In this document: positions 30,344 to 40,627 of the stretch, piece by piece
How positions within the stretch are numbered: position 1 is the first letter of the stretch
How the letters are laid out: each line of letters opens with the position of its first letter
DNA from: an uncultured Pelagibacteraceae bacterium
GTDB lineage: Bacteria; Pseudomonadota; Alphaproteobacteria; Pelagibacterales; AG-422-B15
Direction of reading: 5' to 3'
Assembly (NCBI GenBank): GCA_902624455.1
Contig: CACNXQ010000001.1
Location: 77,828-141,827, forward strand
Length of the DNA stretch: 64,000 nt
The notes under the pieces: generated by a model
The model's input: the letters and a program-made list of their open reading frames with translations, nothing else
Told to the model about the DNA's origin: nothing
Databases searched by the model: none
Program-made: the position numbers and the translations under genes

Positions 30344-31128
30344 TGAAAAAAATAATTGCAGTTTCAAATCAAAAGGGCGGAGTTGGTAAGACCACAACAG
30401 CAATAAACTTATCCACAGCTATAGCTGCTATGGGACGAAAGGTGTTAGTAATCGATCTTGATCCCCAAGGCAATGCTACAACTGGTTTAGGCGTAGAGTA
30501 TGATGCGAGAGAAAAATCAATCTATGAAGTTCTTTCTCAGCAAGTTGATATTAAAGAATCATTTCAACAAACGAAAATTGAAAACCTGTTTCTGATTCCA
30601 TCTAAAGTAGATTTGTCTGGTATTGAACCTGAACTTTCAAATGTTCATGATAGAGCTTTTGTGATGAAGAAAATTTTTGATGACTCTAATTCTTTAGATC
30701 AATTTGATTTTATTTTTATCGATTGTCCACCCGCATTAAGTCTGCTTACTGTTATGGCAATGACTGCAGCAACATCAGTAATCGTTCCACTGCAATGCGA
30801 ATTTTTTGCACTAGAAGGATTAAGTCAATTAATAAAAACAATTGATCGTGTCCGACAAAATCTAAATCCAGTTTTAAATATCGATGGAATAGTTCTAACC
30901 ATGTTTGATAAAAGAAATAAATTATCATCTCAAGTTGCACATGATGTAAGGACTCACTTAAAAGAACAAGTTTACGAAACAATCATTCCAAGAAATGTTC
31001 GCATGTCAGAAGCGCCATCATTTGGATTACCAGCACTTATGTACGATCAAAATGCTTCAGGTAGCCAGGCCTACATTGCACTTGCAAATGAAATTATGAA
31101 GCAAAATAAAACTCAAGAGGCTGCATGA
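30343..31128 (+). CDS. parA: Chromosome partitioning ATPase ParA
   Basis: Deviant Walker A SNQKGGVGKTTTAINL; IDLDPQGN. Confidence 0.95.
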   Translation: MKKIIAVSNQKGGVGKTTTAINLSTAIAAMGRKVLVIDLDPQGNATTGLGVEYDAREKSIYEVLSQQVDIKESFQQTKIENLFLIPSKVDLSGIEPELSNVHDRAFVMKKIFDDSNSLDQFDFIFIDCPPALSLLTVMAMTAATSVIVPLQCEFFALEGLSQLIKTIDRVRQNLNPVLNIDGIVLTMFDKRNKLSSQVAHDVRTHLKEQVYETIIPRNVRMSEAPSFGLPALMYDQNASGSQAYIALANEIMKQNKTQEAA

Positions 31129-31988
31129 CTGACACTAATATTCAAAAAAAAGGTTTGGGAAGAGGTCTTTCATCCTTAATGGGTGATGTTGAAATTCCTA
31201 TTAAGGAAAATAATAATAAGTTATCTGATACTAGAATTCCAATTTCCAAACTAAGAGCAAATCCATTACAGCCTAGGCGATTATTTAATAAGGAAAGTAT
31301 TAATGAATTGGCTGCTTCAATAAAATCAAAAGGATTGATCCAGCCCATTCTGGTAAGACCTTCAGAAAAAAATCCTGGAGATTATGAAATTATTGCGGGC
31401 GAGAGAAGATGGAGAGCAGCTCAGATTGCCCAGTTACATGAAATGCCTGCAGTCATAAAAAATTTAAATGATGTCGAGTCCCTTGAGATTGCAATAATAG
31501 AGAATGTTCAACGATCAGATCTTACTGTTATTGAAGAAGCAGCTGGTTATAAAAAATTAATTGAGTCTTACGGTCATACTCAAGAACAACTCTCTGAGAT
31601 AGTTGGTAAGAGTAGAAGTCATGTAGCGAACATTATGAGACTACTAACATTACCACAATCTATCCAAGATATGATAACAGAAGGTAAAATATCCGCGGGT
31701 CATGCTAGGGCTATAATGAACAGCGCATTTCCTGAAAAGCTTGCTGAAAAAATTGTTAGTGAAAATTTATCTGTGAGAGAAGCTGAAAGTATAGCAAAAC
31801 AGGGAAAAAATCAGATTAAAAAAGTTAGATTAAAAGATCCCGATACGGTGGATTTAGAAAACTCTCTTAGCCAAAAACTTGGTCTTAATGTTGAGATCAA
31901 CCATAAGGGAAACAAAGGTGGTCACATAAAAATAGATTATAAAAATCTAGACCAGTTAGAGCTTATTACAAGAAAACTTAAAAGTTAA
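31125..31988 (+). CDS. parB: Chromosome partitioning protein ParB
   Basis: GLGRGLSSL, QPRR, IIAGERRWRAA (CTP-binding box), HTH QEQLSEIVGKSRSHVANIMRLL. Confidence 0.95.
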   Translation: MTDTNIQKKGLGRGLSSLMGDVEIPIKENNNKLSDTRIPISKLRANPLQPRRLFNKESINELAASIKSKGLIQPILVRPSEKNPGDYEIIAGERRWRAAQIAQLHEMPAVIKNLNDVESLEIAIIENVQRSDLTVIEEAAGYKKLIESYGHTQEQLSEIVGKSRSHVANIMRLLTLPQSIQDMITEGKISAGHARAIMNSAFPEKLAEKIVSENLSVREAESIAKQGKNQIKKVRLKDPDTVDLENSLSQKLGLNVEINHKGNKGGHIKIDYKNLDQLELITRKLKS

Positions 31989-33007
31989 TTTCTAGAAAAA
32001 CGTTTAGCAGTACTCGATATTCCAAATAATGTTTTCTCACATTGTTCTTTTGCAATAATATTATTTGTCATGCATTTAATTTCAGAACTTAGTACTTCGT
32101 TAATTATTTTGTCTATTACATTTGCAGGCCACATTAAACAATGTCGTTTGAAATCAGATTTTTCTTTCCAAAAAACAGGTGGTTTTAAAATTTTTATTGC
32201 TTCATCAAATTGTTTTCCTTTGCTTAATTCAACTTGGGTCAGCCTTATACGCATAATGTAGTTATTAAAAGACTTGAGTATTGCTACGGGATTAGTTCCT
32301 AGATTAAAAAGTTTTTCTAAAGATTTTGATCCTTTTTCAATGTTACCAAAGAGTATCGAATTGTTAATTTGTTGAAAGTCAGCATGTGCACTGTCGTGTA
32401 AAATGTATCTTAGTTTTTCAATATCTACTTTTCGATCATCCTCACTCAATGAAAGAAGCATTTTTTCTAATTCATTTTTAATTATCATCCGGTCATTACT
32501 AAGATTATTGAGTAAAAAACTTTTAACATCACTATCAAAAATAATATTGTGCTCTTTTTGAAATTTTTCTAATAATGATGAAAGTACTTTAATATCATCA
32601 TCATAGCACGCTAGACTGAAATGATTTTTTGAAGTTTCGTATAATTTTCTAATTTTCGATGATTTTGTTAAATTATCTGCCTTAACAACCATGCATACAT
32701 TTTCACAATCAAGAATCAAAATACCTTCAATTATTGATGCATGCTTTTCTTTTACTAAATCTAAAATGATAAATTTTTTTTCACTAAAAAGTGAGAAAGT
32801 AGTGATTTCATCATTTAATGTTGAAATGCTTTCGTCTAGTTGTTTTCCATTAATATTTACTTTTTCACATTCGGATCCTTTTGAAAAACTCTTATAAATG
32901 GTATCGATACTTTCTCTTATAAGGCCCTCGTTTGGACCGTATATTAGAAAAGATTGGAATAAGTCACTATTTATGGAATTAACTAACTGGTAATCCTTAA
33001 TTATCAT
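31985..33007 (-). CDS. holA: DNA polymerase III delta subunit (probable)
   Basis: 340 aa with N-terminal FLIYGPNEGLI pattern. Occupies the conserved position downstream of lptE. Sequence is divergent. Confidence 0.65.
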   Translation of the reverse strand: MIIKDYQLVNSINSDLFQSFLIYGPNEGLIRESIDTIYKSFSKGSECEKVNINGKQLDESISTLNDEITTFSLFSEKKFIILDLVKEKHASIIEGILILDCENVCMVVKADNLTKSSKIRKLYETSKNHFSLACYDDDIKVLSSLLEKFQKEHNIIFDSDVKSFLLNNLSNDRMIIKNELEKMLLSLSEDDRKVDIEKLRYILHDSAHADFQQINNSILFGNIEKGSKSLEKLFNLGTNPVAILKSFNNYIMRIRLTQVELSKGKQFDEAIKILKPPVFWKEKSDFKRHCLMWPANVIDKIINEVLSSEIKCMTNNIIAKEQCEKTLFGISSTAKRFSRN

Positions 33008-33473
33008 TTTGTAATGATAACTTGCTTTGTATTTTTGTAATCATTAAACTCGCAGCATCATTTGTTGCGGACCTTAGCATTTGTCTCCTTAAATCTTTAT
33101 TTTCTATTTCTGAAACGAGTACATCATACTGGGAAAAACCAACAGCTACATCATCTATCAAGACTTCTCCTAATTTGTCAGAAACCTCAAAAAAGATAGC
33201 AATATCAATTTGATACTTCGAGACTGTACCATTTTCATTAATTATAACAGGTACCATTTCTTCTTTTACTTCAACTACGACAGCGAAGTCTTTGTTTTGC
33301 TGATCAGTACTTAGTAAGCTCTTTAATTCTTCTTTAATCTCATAGGATACATCACCTTTAAAGTTTATGTATAATCTATCTAATTCTATTCCTTTGCCGT
33401 CTGACTTATACAAAGGCTTGAAGCCACAACCTGTCGTAAGAAGAACAATTAAAATAACTACTAAACTTCTCAT
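32997..33473 (-). CDS. lptE: LPS-assembly lipoprotein LptE (probable)
   Basis: Lipobox LLTTGC followed by GFKPLY (LptE proteins typically begin CGF+LR); 158 aa. Synteny with holA. Confidence 0.7.
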   Translation of the reverse strand: MRSLVVILIVLLTTGCGFKPLYKSDGKGIELDRLYINFKGDVSYEIKEELKSLLSTDQQNKDFAVVVEVKEEMVPVIINENGTVSKYQIDIAIFFEVSDKLGEVLIDDVAVGFSQYDVLVSEIENKDLRRQMLRSATNDAASLMITKIQSKLSLQNDN

Positions 33474-35180
33474 TTATTTTTTTTCAAGACAAATGATCAA
33501 ATCGTCTAAATATTTTTTATAATTTTTCCAAGCACCAATTGATTTTTTATTTATTGGTTGCCTTACTTGTTCAATACTTGCTGTTCTTACTTGCCTTTTA
33601 GTCTTGTAAAAATGTAGGCATTCTTCTTCCCAATCAAGATTACAGTATTTGATTATTTTCCTCGACACTCCCTCCTGATCATCAACAAGTTCTTCATTAT
33701 CAAGAACAAAAATATCTTTGTATTTACTTAACAAAGAACTCATTAAATCTTCATGCATTAAATAGTATTTACCAAGCATTTTTTGATTGTATGAATATTG
33801 GTGTGCCATATCAACAAATTTATGAGTATAAAGAGAGAAACAGTTGTCCATTGGTGACCTTTTACAATAAATAATTTTAGCTTCTGGCATAATCAGTTTT
33901 ATTAAGCCAATAAGAACAAAGTTGTGTGGTAGTTTGTCAGTTACATGAGATTCTTGATTTTTTACGAACCTCTCAAGATACTCTAAATACTTTTCACGAA
34001 CTGATTGAAGATATTGTTCATTTTTGACATTTGTTTCAAATTTTTTTAATAAACTCTCATCGGTTTGTATGATATTTTCTAAACCGGATATTTTTATTAA
34101 CTCAGACAATTCTCCAGCACCGCTGACTTTAGAGTGTGTTGATAGGATCTGTTCACATAATGTTGTTCCGGATCTTGGCATCCCACATATAAAAATAGGT
34201 ATAACATCATTTTTGTTTACTCTTGGTTTAAATGAAATTTCTGTAAAAATCTCATTCATTTTTTTAAATAGATTTTTTTCTAATTTTGTATCGAAATCTT
34301 TTAAGCTGTATTGAAGTTCATTACTCATTTTCAAAAACTTACCAGACTCATCAAAATCTTTTTTATTTCGATAATATTCAAAAAATGTGTGAGATATGAG
34401 AATTTTATCTTCTTTATTTAATTCGTTGCTCTTTAATTGATCTTTATAAAATCGAATATGTTCATCTAAGAGAGAATTTGTTTTATCAGACGCAAATGGA
34501 GCAAAAAAATCTAATCTCTTAAAATTTTGTTTAAAACCAAGGTCTATAATTTTTTTTGACTCTTCAAAGTCACCTATTTCTTTTAAAGCAGTTGCTAAAT
34601 TTGCTCTAAAATCTGATCTGTCAGGATTTTCATTACAAATTTGTTGAAATATTTTTATTCCTTCATCAATTTTATTGTTCAAAACAAGTGCTTTGGCATG
34701 CTGATTGAGAGCGAGAGGATTGCTTGGTTGAAGTGAAAGTGCTTTTTTAGAATATTTTAATGATTCTGAACTGTTATGAAGTCTGTGATAAAGACCCGCT
34801 AAATTATTAATTGTTGGTACGTAATTTGGATTAATATTGTTGGATTTTTCGAAACACTTTAAAGCTAAGTTTTGATTTTTATTTAATACGTGTATTGTTC
34901 CTAAATTATTTAATGCTTCAAATCCATCAGGTTTAACTTTAATAGCCTCTTGAAAAAAATTGTATGCTTCTTCTAGTCTACCCAAATCTTGATTTAAAAT
35001 TCCTAAATGTCTCAAAACATCATAATTCTTTGGACTTAATTCATTGAGCTGTTTATAGATCCTCTCAGCTTTTTCAAAATGTTTGTTAGAATGAAAATTG
35101 ATTGCTTCGATTAATTTACTTTGAATATTATTTTTTTTACTTCCTTCTTTTTTTTGCTTTCTTCGCAAGTGCCGATTCAT
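33474..35180 (-). CDS. TPR-repeat protein fused to a PAPS-type sulfotransferase domain
   Basis: About five TPR-like repeats in the N-terminal half (AERIYKQL.., EEAYNFFQEAIKVKPD.., ALKCFEKSNNINPN..). C-terminal half has the 5'-PSB motif CGMPRSGTTL and a 3'-PB-like motif KRSPMDNCFSLY. Confidence 0.8.
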   Translation of the reverse strand: MNRHLRRKQKKEGSKKNNIQSKLIEAINFHSNKHFEKAERIYKQLNELSPKNYDVLRHLGILNQDLGRLEEAYNFFQEAIKVKPDGFEALNNLGTIHVLNKNQNLALKCFEKSNNINPNYVPTINNLAGLYHRLHNSSESLKYSKKALSLQPSNPLALNQHAKALVLNNKIDEGIKIFQQICNENPDRSDFRANLATALKEIGDFEESKKIIDLGFKQNFKRLDFFAPFASDKTNSLLDEHIRFYKDQLKSNELNKEDKILISHTFFEYYRNKKDFDESGKFLKMSNELQYSLKDFDTKLEKNLFKKMNEIFTEISFKPRVNKNDVIPIFICGMPRSGTTLCEQILSTHSKVSGAGELSELIKISGLENIIQTDESLLKKFETNVKNEQYLQSVREKYLEYLERFVKNQESHVTDKLPHNFVLIGLIKLIMPEAKIIYCKRSPMDNCFSLYTHKFVDMAHQYSYNQKMLGKYYLMHEDLMSSLLSKYKDIFVLDNEELVDDQEGVSRKIIKYCNLDWEEECLHFYKTKRQVRTASIEQVRQPINKKSIGAWKNYKKYLDDLIICLEKK

Positions 35181-35182
35181 AA

Positions 35183-37732
35183 CTAAATAACCAAGTTAAT
35201 TATTTTATTGGGTACATAAATTGATTTTTTAATGTTTTTATTTTTTAATGCTTCTGAGACATTTTTTAATTCCATTATTTCTTGCATAACTTCTTCTTCT
35301 TTAGCCCCTTCTTGGACACTAATTTCTCCTCTGCGTTTACCGTTAATTTGTATAACTACAGTGTAAAATTCTTCAACTAAATAAATAGGATTTACCTTTG
35401 GCCAAGGAACTTCTGCTAATGCTGTTTTGTTCCCAATCAAATTCCAGCACTCCTCTGCTAAATGTGGAATCATAGGCTCAATTACTCTGATTAAAACTTC
35501 AATAGCTTCCTTGAAAGCAATATGATTTGTTTCTTTAATTTTAGATAAATGATTGACGATTTCATAAACTTTTGCCACTGCAACGTTCATTTGAAATTTT
35601 TCAATGCTTTTTGTTATCTCTTCTAAATTTTGATGAAGAACTTTTAAAAGAGCTTGCGACTCGTTATTCTCATTTTTTTTAAATTGCATTTCTCTAAATA
35701 AATGAGAATTTTGTTCAACTAATGAAAAAACTTTTTGACAAAATCGCCAAGAGCCTTGAATGCCTGAGAGAGACCAATTTATATCCCTTTCTGGAGGACT
35801 GTCTGATAACATAAACCATCTTGCTGAGTCAGCACCATAACTCTCAATAATTGACTCTGGATCAACGACGTTTTTTTTGGATTTCGACATTGCCTCATTT
35901 GGACCTTCAGTAACATTTGCCCCAGTACTTATTTGAACCAAACCATTACTATTTTCCTTTACATCATCCGGAAATACCCATGCGCCTTGGTCATTTTTGT
36001 ATGTATTATGACAAACCATGCCCTGCGTAAAAAGACTTTCAAAAGGTTCATCAAGATTTTTAATTTTTAACGCTTTCGTGAAAAACCTTGCATACAGTAG
36101 ATGCAGTATTGCATGTTCAATACCTCCGACATACTGATCTACTGGCATCCAATAATCAATGTCCTCTTTATCATAAGGGCCATCAAAAAATTGTGGCGAA
36201 CAAAATCTGATAAAGTACCAAGCTGAGTCAACAAAAGTGTCAAGCGTATCAGTTTCTCTGATTGCCTTCATGCCAGTTTCTGGACATTTTGTGTATTTCC
36301 AATCGGGGTGATTTTCTAGCGGATTACCTGGAGAATTAAGATCTATGTCTTCAGGGAGTTCAACGGGCAATTGATCTTCAGGCACTGTAATTATTTTACC
36401 ATCTTCTCGGTACATTATTGGAATTGGGCAACCCCAATATCTTTGTCTTGAAATTCCCCAGTCCCTTAATCTATAATTTGTTGTACCTTTACCAATTTTT
36501 AACCCCTCAAGTTTTTTTATGATTTTCTCTTTCGCCTCCTCAATTGACAAATCGTTAAGGAAATCAGAGTTTATAAGATGACCATTTCCAGTGAAAGCAT
36601 TCAAGCCGTCGAATTTCTCTCCAGAGCTTGGATTAATTACAGGTATCACTTCTAATTTATATTTATTGGCAAAATCTAAATCTCTTTGATCGTGCGCAGG
36701 ACAACCATAAATAGCTCCTGATCCATAATCCATCAGAATAAAGTTAGCTATGTAAACAGGTAATTTTTTTCCTTTAATAAACGGGTGTTCAATAAACAAA
36801 TCAGTTTCAATTCCTTCCTTTTCATTCTTGGATACAGTTTCTTCGTTTATTTTTTGAAGCCTCATTTTTTTTATTGAGGTACTTTTATTGTTATTATGAT
36901 TTATGATTTCGTCTGCCAATGGATGAAAAGGTGATAATGCACAAAATGTTGCACCAAATATTGTATCAGGCCGTGTTGTAAATATATTTAATTTTGTTTG
37001 GGATATTTCTTTTCCTTCATTGATGATATTGAATTCAATTTCACAACCTTTTGATTTTCCAATCCAGTTATTTTGCATTGTTTTAACTTTTTCGGGCCAT
37101 CCGTTCATATTTGGAAGACTATTCATTAAGTCCTCAGCAAAATCAGTAATTTTAAAAAACCATTGGGAAAGTTTTTTTTGCACTACTTCAGCACCTGATC
37201 TCCAACCTTTTCCATCTATGACTTGTTCGTTAGCAAGAACCGTATTTTCAATTGGATCCCAATTCACTAAAGATTCTTTTTTATAAATAAGATTGTCATT
37301 GTAAAATTTAATAAAAAGTTTTTGCTGTTGATGGTAGTAATCTTTATCGCATGTTGCTAACTCTCTGCTCCAATCAATCGAAAGACCCATTTTTTGAAGC
37401 TGATGTTTCATTGTATCTATATTTTTATAAGTCCAATCCTTAGGAGAAATTTTATTTTCAATTGCTGCATTCTCTGCAGGTAAGCCAAATGCATCCCATC
37501 CCATTGGGTGCATTACGTTAAAACCTTTTGCTCTTTTAAAACGGGCAAGTACATCTCCAAGAGTATAATTTCGCACATGCCCCATATGAATTTTTCCAGA
37601 CGGATATGGGAACATTTCTAAGATGTAATATTTTTCTTTATTTTTATTTACAGCACTTTTGTAAGTTTGGTGCTTGCTCCAAAAAGCTTGCCATCTTTTT
37701 TCTATAATCTTTGGGTTATATTTTTCTGACAT
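35183..37732 (-). CDS. leuS: Leucyl-tRNA synthetase
   Basis: HIGH motif [15 protein letters not shown] and KMSKS motif AMSKSKKN; 849 aa. Confidence 0.98.
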   Translation of the reverse strand: MSEKYNPKIIEKRWQAFWSKHQTYKSAVNKNKEKYYILEMFPYPSGKIHMGHVRNYTLGDVLARFKRAKGFNVMHPMGWDAFGLPAENAAIENKISPKDWTYKNIDTMKHQLQKMGLSIDWSRELATCDKDYYHQQQKLFIKFYNDNLIYKKESLVNWDPIENTVLANEQVIDGKGWRSGAEVVQKKLSQWFFKITDFAEDLMNSLPNMNGWPEKVKTMQNNWIGKSKGCEIEFNIINEGKEISQTKLNIFTTRPDTIFGATFCALSPFHPLADEIINHNNNKSTSIKKMRLQKINEETVSKNEKEGIETDLFIEHPFIKGKKLPVYIANFILMDYGSGAIYGCPAHDQRDLDFANKYKLEVIPVINPSSGEKFDGLNAFTGNGHLINSDFLNDLSIEEAKEKIIKKLEGLKIGKGTTNYRLRDWGISRQRYWGCPIPIMYREDGKIITVPEDQLPVELPEDIDLNSPGNPLENHPDWKYTKCPETGMKAIRETDTLDTFVDSAWYFIRFCSPQFFDGPYDKEDIDYWMPVDQYVGGIEHAILHLLYARFFTKALKIKNLDEPFESLFTQGMVCHNTYKNDQGAWVFPDDVKENSNGLVQISTGANVTEGPNEAMSKSKKNVVDPESIIESYGADSARWFMLSDSPPERDINWSLSGIQGSWRFCQKVFSLVEQNSHLFREMQFKKNENNESQALLKVLHQNLEEITKSIEKFQMNVAVAKVYEIVNHLSKIKETNHIAFKEAIEVLIRVIEPMIPHLAEECWNLIGNKTALAEVPWPKVNPIYLVEEFYTVVIQINGKRRGEISVQEGAKEEEVMQEIMELKNVSEALKNKNIKKSIYVPNKIINLVI

Positions 37733-37756
37733 AATAGATTTTGTTCAGAAACTTTA

Positions 37757-38272
37757 TTATGATAAATCAATTGTAGCCTGCAAGACTCTAGCTTCGTCTA
37801 ATATTGCTTTTTTTATTTTTGATGCTTGCATTTCATCGTTACCCTGATCATTCCATTTTGCTCCGTCAAAGTTTTGTTTGAACATTTGAACATTAACTGA
37901 TCCATCCGCCATTTCTTGGTCATAAATTCTAATATTAATTTTTATTCTCAAATCATCTCCATCAAGATTATACCAGTCAGTAATTATTACACCTGATGCC
38001 GCGTCAACAGAGGCAAGTGGCATAAAACTTACTTTGTCCAACGCGGTTTGAAATGTAATGGAGCCTCCGTATTCTAAAGACTCGGACCTGTCTCCAAGAA
38101 TTAATTCAGTTAGAGATTTTTTATCTTCACCAAGATTTATGATTGGCTTATCATTTGCAATCCTGTCCTCCATTATTGGGTCAGTTTTATTTTGAACAAT
38201 ATCAAGTTGGTTACATGCAACAAAAAAATACAAAATTGCGATAAGTAAAAATGAGTTTAGAAATTTGTACAT
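37757..38272 (-). CDS. DUF3576-like lipoprotein
   Basis: Lipobox FFVAC. The PLASVDAASGVIITDWY pattern is typical of the alphaproteobacterial lipoprotein usually found next to leuS. Confidence 0.55.
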   Translation of the reverse strand: MYKFLNSFLLIAILYFFVACNQLDIVQNKTDPIMEDRIANDKPIINLGEDKKSLTELILGDRSESLEYGGSITFQTALDKVSFMPLASVDAASGVIITDWYNLDGDDLRIKINIRIYDQEMADGSVNVQMFKQNFDGAKWNDQGNDEMQASKIKKAILDEARVLQATIDLS

Positions 38273-38509
38273 TCAAGTAATTAATGATTTACGTCTATTA
38301 GGCGGACTATACATCAAATAACAAAAAAGTGAGTGAAAATTGTTAAAAAAAGGCTATAATTAGCGAAAAAAGTGATTGTGACATAAATATCACATATATC
38401 AAAAAATATGTTGTATTAATGACATTTTTTTTGATTTTTGGCAATTTTTGAACATAATCGCGTTTAGTTAAATTTAACTATGATCAACTATCATAAGAAA
38501 GGAAATTTT

Positions 38510-39397
38510 ATGAACAGATCAAAAATCATAACTGCTACTGCTTTGGCAACAGTGATGACAGCGGGTGCTGCTCAAGCTGAAATGTCAATCGGTGGTTTGT
38601 ACGCTGGTACCATTTATGACAGTCCTGGTGCAGCTACATCACATGCTGAGTCAACAAACTCAATCTATGTGTCATACAGTGACTCAATGGATAATGGTAT
38701 GGGTGTTTCTGTTGCTATGTCTATGTCAGCAGGTGGTGCTAACAAAACTGATGTAAACATCGATACAGGTTTCGGTACAATCGGACTTGGTGATGGACAA
38801 GACTCTGCTGTAGACTCAATGGATGGTTCTCCAGCTGTTTTCTCTATCAATCCTTATGGACCAAGATTAGGTTCTTCTGGATTCCTAGACGGTGATGCAT
38901 CATCAGGTAACTCAGTAGCTTATACGTCTCCATCAATTAATGGATTCAACATTAAAGCAACACAAGGTTTTGATAACGGTACTAACGACAAAACTAACTC
39001 TGTTGCTGTAAAAGGATCTGTAATGGGTGTTGGCTTAGCAGCTGGTGTATCTTCAATTGATTACAAAGCTTCAGGTACTGCAGACGTTGATCCTAATTTC
39101 TTCACAGCATCTTACTCTATTGCTGGTTTGAACCTAGGTTATGCAATGTATGACAGTGACGATGGATCAACAAACGGTGAAGAGACTCAAATGGGTGTTG
39201 GAACTAGTTTGATGGGCATGGGCGTTGGTGTAACTTTTGCTGAAGTTGATACTTCTACAGTAGACACTGACTTGATGCTAGTATCTGTATCAAAAGGTAT
39301 GGGTGCTATGTCTTTCGGTATTGATTACTTAGAGACTGATGCATCAAATGCTGCTGCAACTGATACATTTGCATTTACATACGTAGTAGGATTTTAA
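38510..39397 (+). CDS. Outer-membrane porin (beta-barrel)
   Basis: Signal peptide ending AGAAQA|E, G/S/T/D-rich alternating pattern, C-terminal FAFTYVVGF (terminal Phe). Strong GGT/GCT/ACT codon bias, SD-like AAGAAAGGAAA upstream, and a strong terminator downstream. The ORF is open from 38480. Confidence 0.75.
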   Translation: MNRSKIITATALATVMTAGAAQAEMSIGGLYAGTIYDSPGAATSHAESTNSIYVSYSDSMDNGMGVSVAMSMSAGGANKTDVNIDTGFGTIGLGDGQDSAVDSMDGSPAVFSINPYGPRLGSSGFLDGDASSGNSVAYTSPSINGFNIKATQGFDNGTNDKTNSVAVKGSVMGVGLAAGVSSIDYKASGTADVDPNFFTASYSIAGLNLGYAMYDSDDGSTNGEETQMGVGTSLMGMGVGVTFAEVDTSTVDTDLMLVSVSKGMGAMSFGIDYLETDASNAAATDTFAFTYVVGF

Positions 39398-39422
39398 TTA
39401 ATCTTATAATCGTTTGATTAAG

Positions 39423-39452
39423 CACCCCACATTTTCATGTGGGGTGTTTTTT
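39423..39452 (+). terminator. Rho-independent terminator after the porin gene
   Basis: Perfect 9-bp stem CACCCCACA/TGTGGGGTG (39423-39431 / 39438-39446), 6-nt loop, then TTTTTT. Confidence 0.85.
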
Positions 39453-39457
39453 ATTTT

Positions 39458-40111
39458 ATGAAAGAATATTTAGAATTTTTAAAAATTTTTGAGAACGCAG
39501 TTCTCGACGCAAAACGAGACATTGACGAAATAGAATTAATAGCCGTAAGCAAAAAAAAACCATCTGAATTAATTAGAGAAGTCATCAATCATGGTTATCA
39601 GTCTTTCGGTGAAAATCAAATTCAAGAAGTAGAAAATAAATGGATTGAACTTAAACAGGAATTCAGCAAAACCAGACTTCATTTTGTTGGAAACATTCAA
39701 AGCAAAAAAACAGAAAAAATATTTAAACTATGTGACGTCATTCATTCAATTGACAGGGAGAAAATAGTTCAAAAACTAAAATCTTGTGAAGAAGAATATA
39801 AACTGAGTAAAGAGTATTTTATTCAAATAAATACTGGAAACGAACCTCAAAAATCTGGTGTTACTATGGGCGAGTCAGAGAGCTTTATCGATAAATGCAT
39901 AAATAAATATAATCTGGAAGTTAAAGGTTTGATGTGTATCCCGCCGCAAAATGTTAATCCAGAAGATCACTTTTTAAAACTTAGAGACTTAGGAAAAAAT
40001 TTCAATTTATCCTCTCTTAGTATGGGTATGTCAGAGGACTTTGAGACAGCTATAAGGTGTGGAGCTACCCATATAAGGGTTGGCACCAGAATTTTTGGCG
40101 CAAGGTCCTAA
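39458..40111 (+). CDS. yggS: YggS-family pyridoxal-phosphate homeostasis protein
   Basis: LIAVSKKKP (PLP Lys), SFGENQIQE, HFVGNIQSKK, LSMGMSEDFE, THIRVGTRIFG. The upstream ATG at 39437 lies inside the terminator stem, so 39458 is preferred. Confidence 0.85.
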   Translation: MKEYLEFLKIFENAVLDAKRDIDEIELIAVSKKKPSELIREVINHGYQSFGENQIQEVENKWIELKQEFSKTRLHFVGNIQSKKTEKIFKLCDVIHSIDREKIVQKLKSCEEEYKLSKEYFIQINTGNEPQKSGVTMGESESFIDKCINKYNLEVKGLMCIPPQNVNPEDHFLKLRDLGKNFNLSSLSMGMSEDFETAIRCGATHIRVGTRIFGARS

Positions 40112-40602
40112 TAGTCAATTGTTATTGTTGAGCTCTTATCAAGCTTCATTGCAATTTGGAGAAGTTCATCTTTTTTTACAGCAACGCAACCTTGAGTGGG
40201 TGAGTAATCCTCAGTTGCAACATGCAAAAAGATCGCACTCCCTTTACCCTGAATGATAGGATTTAAATTATAATCAATTATGCAAACTACATCGTACAAA
40301 TCATCGTTTCTATAGAGATGTTCCGCACTTAGCTCAAATGGAAACTCAATTTTTTGATTATATAAATCGCTATTAATATCATCACACCAACCATCTAATT
40401 TTTTGATAACTTCAGAGTCTAATAAAAATTCATAATCATTAATCTTATCAGGTCGATAAAGAATCTTAGTTATCTTGAAATGTCCTACAGGCGTACATCC
40501 ATCCCCTTCATACTTATTATTGCTTAATCCATTATATCCAATTGCACACTTAAATTTTAGATTTTCATTAGTGAGAAAACCATTTTTGACGACAAGTTTC
40601 AT
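40108..40602 (-). CDS. L,D-transpeptidase (YkuD) catalytic-fold protein without recognisable signal peptide
   Basis: GDGCTPVGHFKI and catalytic-type GSAIFLHVATEDYSPTQGCVAV (His...Gly-Cys); 164 aa. Confidence 0.7.
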   Translation of the reverse strand: MKLVVKNGFLTNENLKFKCAIGYNGLSNNKYEGDGCTPVGHFKITKILYRPDKINDYEFLLDSEVIKKLDGWCDDINSDLYNQKIEFPFELSAEHLYRNDDLYDVVCIIDYNLNPIIQGKGSAIFLHVATEDYSPTQGCVAVKKDELLQIAMKLDKSSTITIDY

Positions 40603-40627
40603 TTAAAATATTATACTTAATTTAATT

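Noticed and set aside
38439-38453. TGGCAATTTTTGAAC upstream of the porin gene looked like a sigma-54 -24/-12 element.
   Set aside because: The GG-to-GC spacing does not fit TGGCAC-N5-TTGC; the TTG is shifted by 2 nt and the GC is missing. The same bases are better explained as the spacer of a sigma-70-like TTGATT-16-CATAAT promoter.
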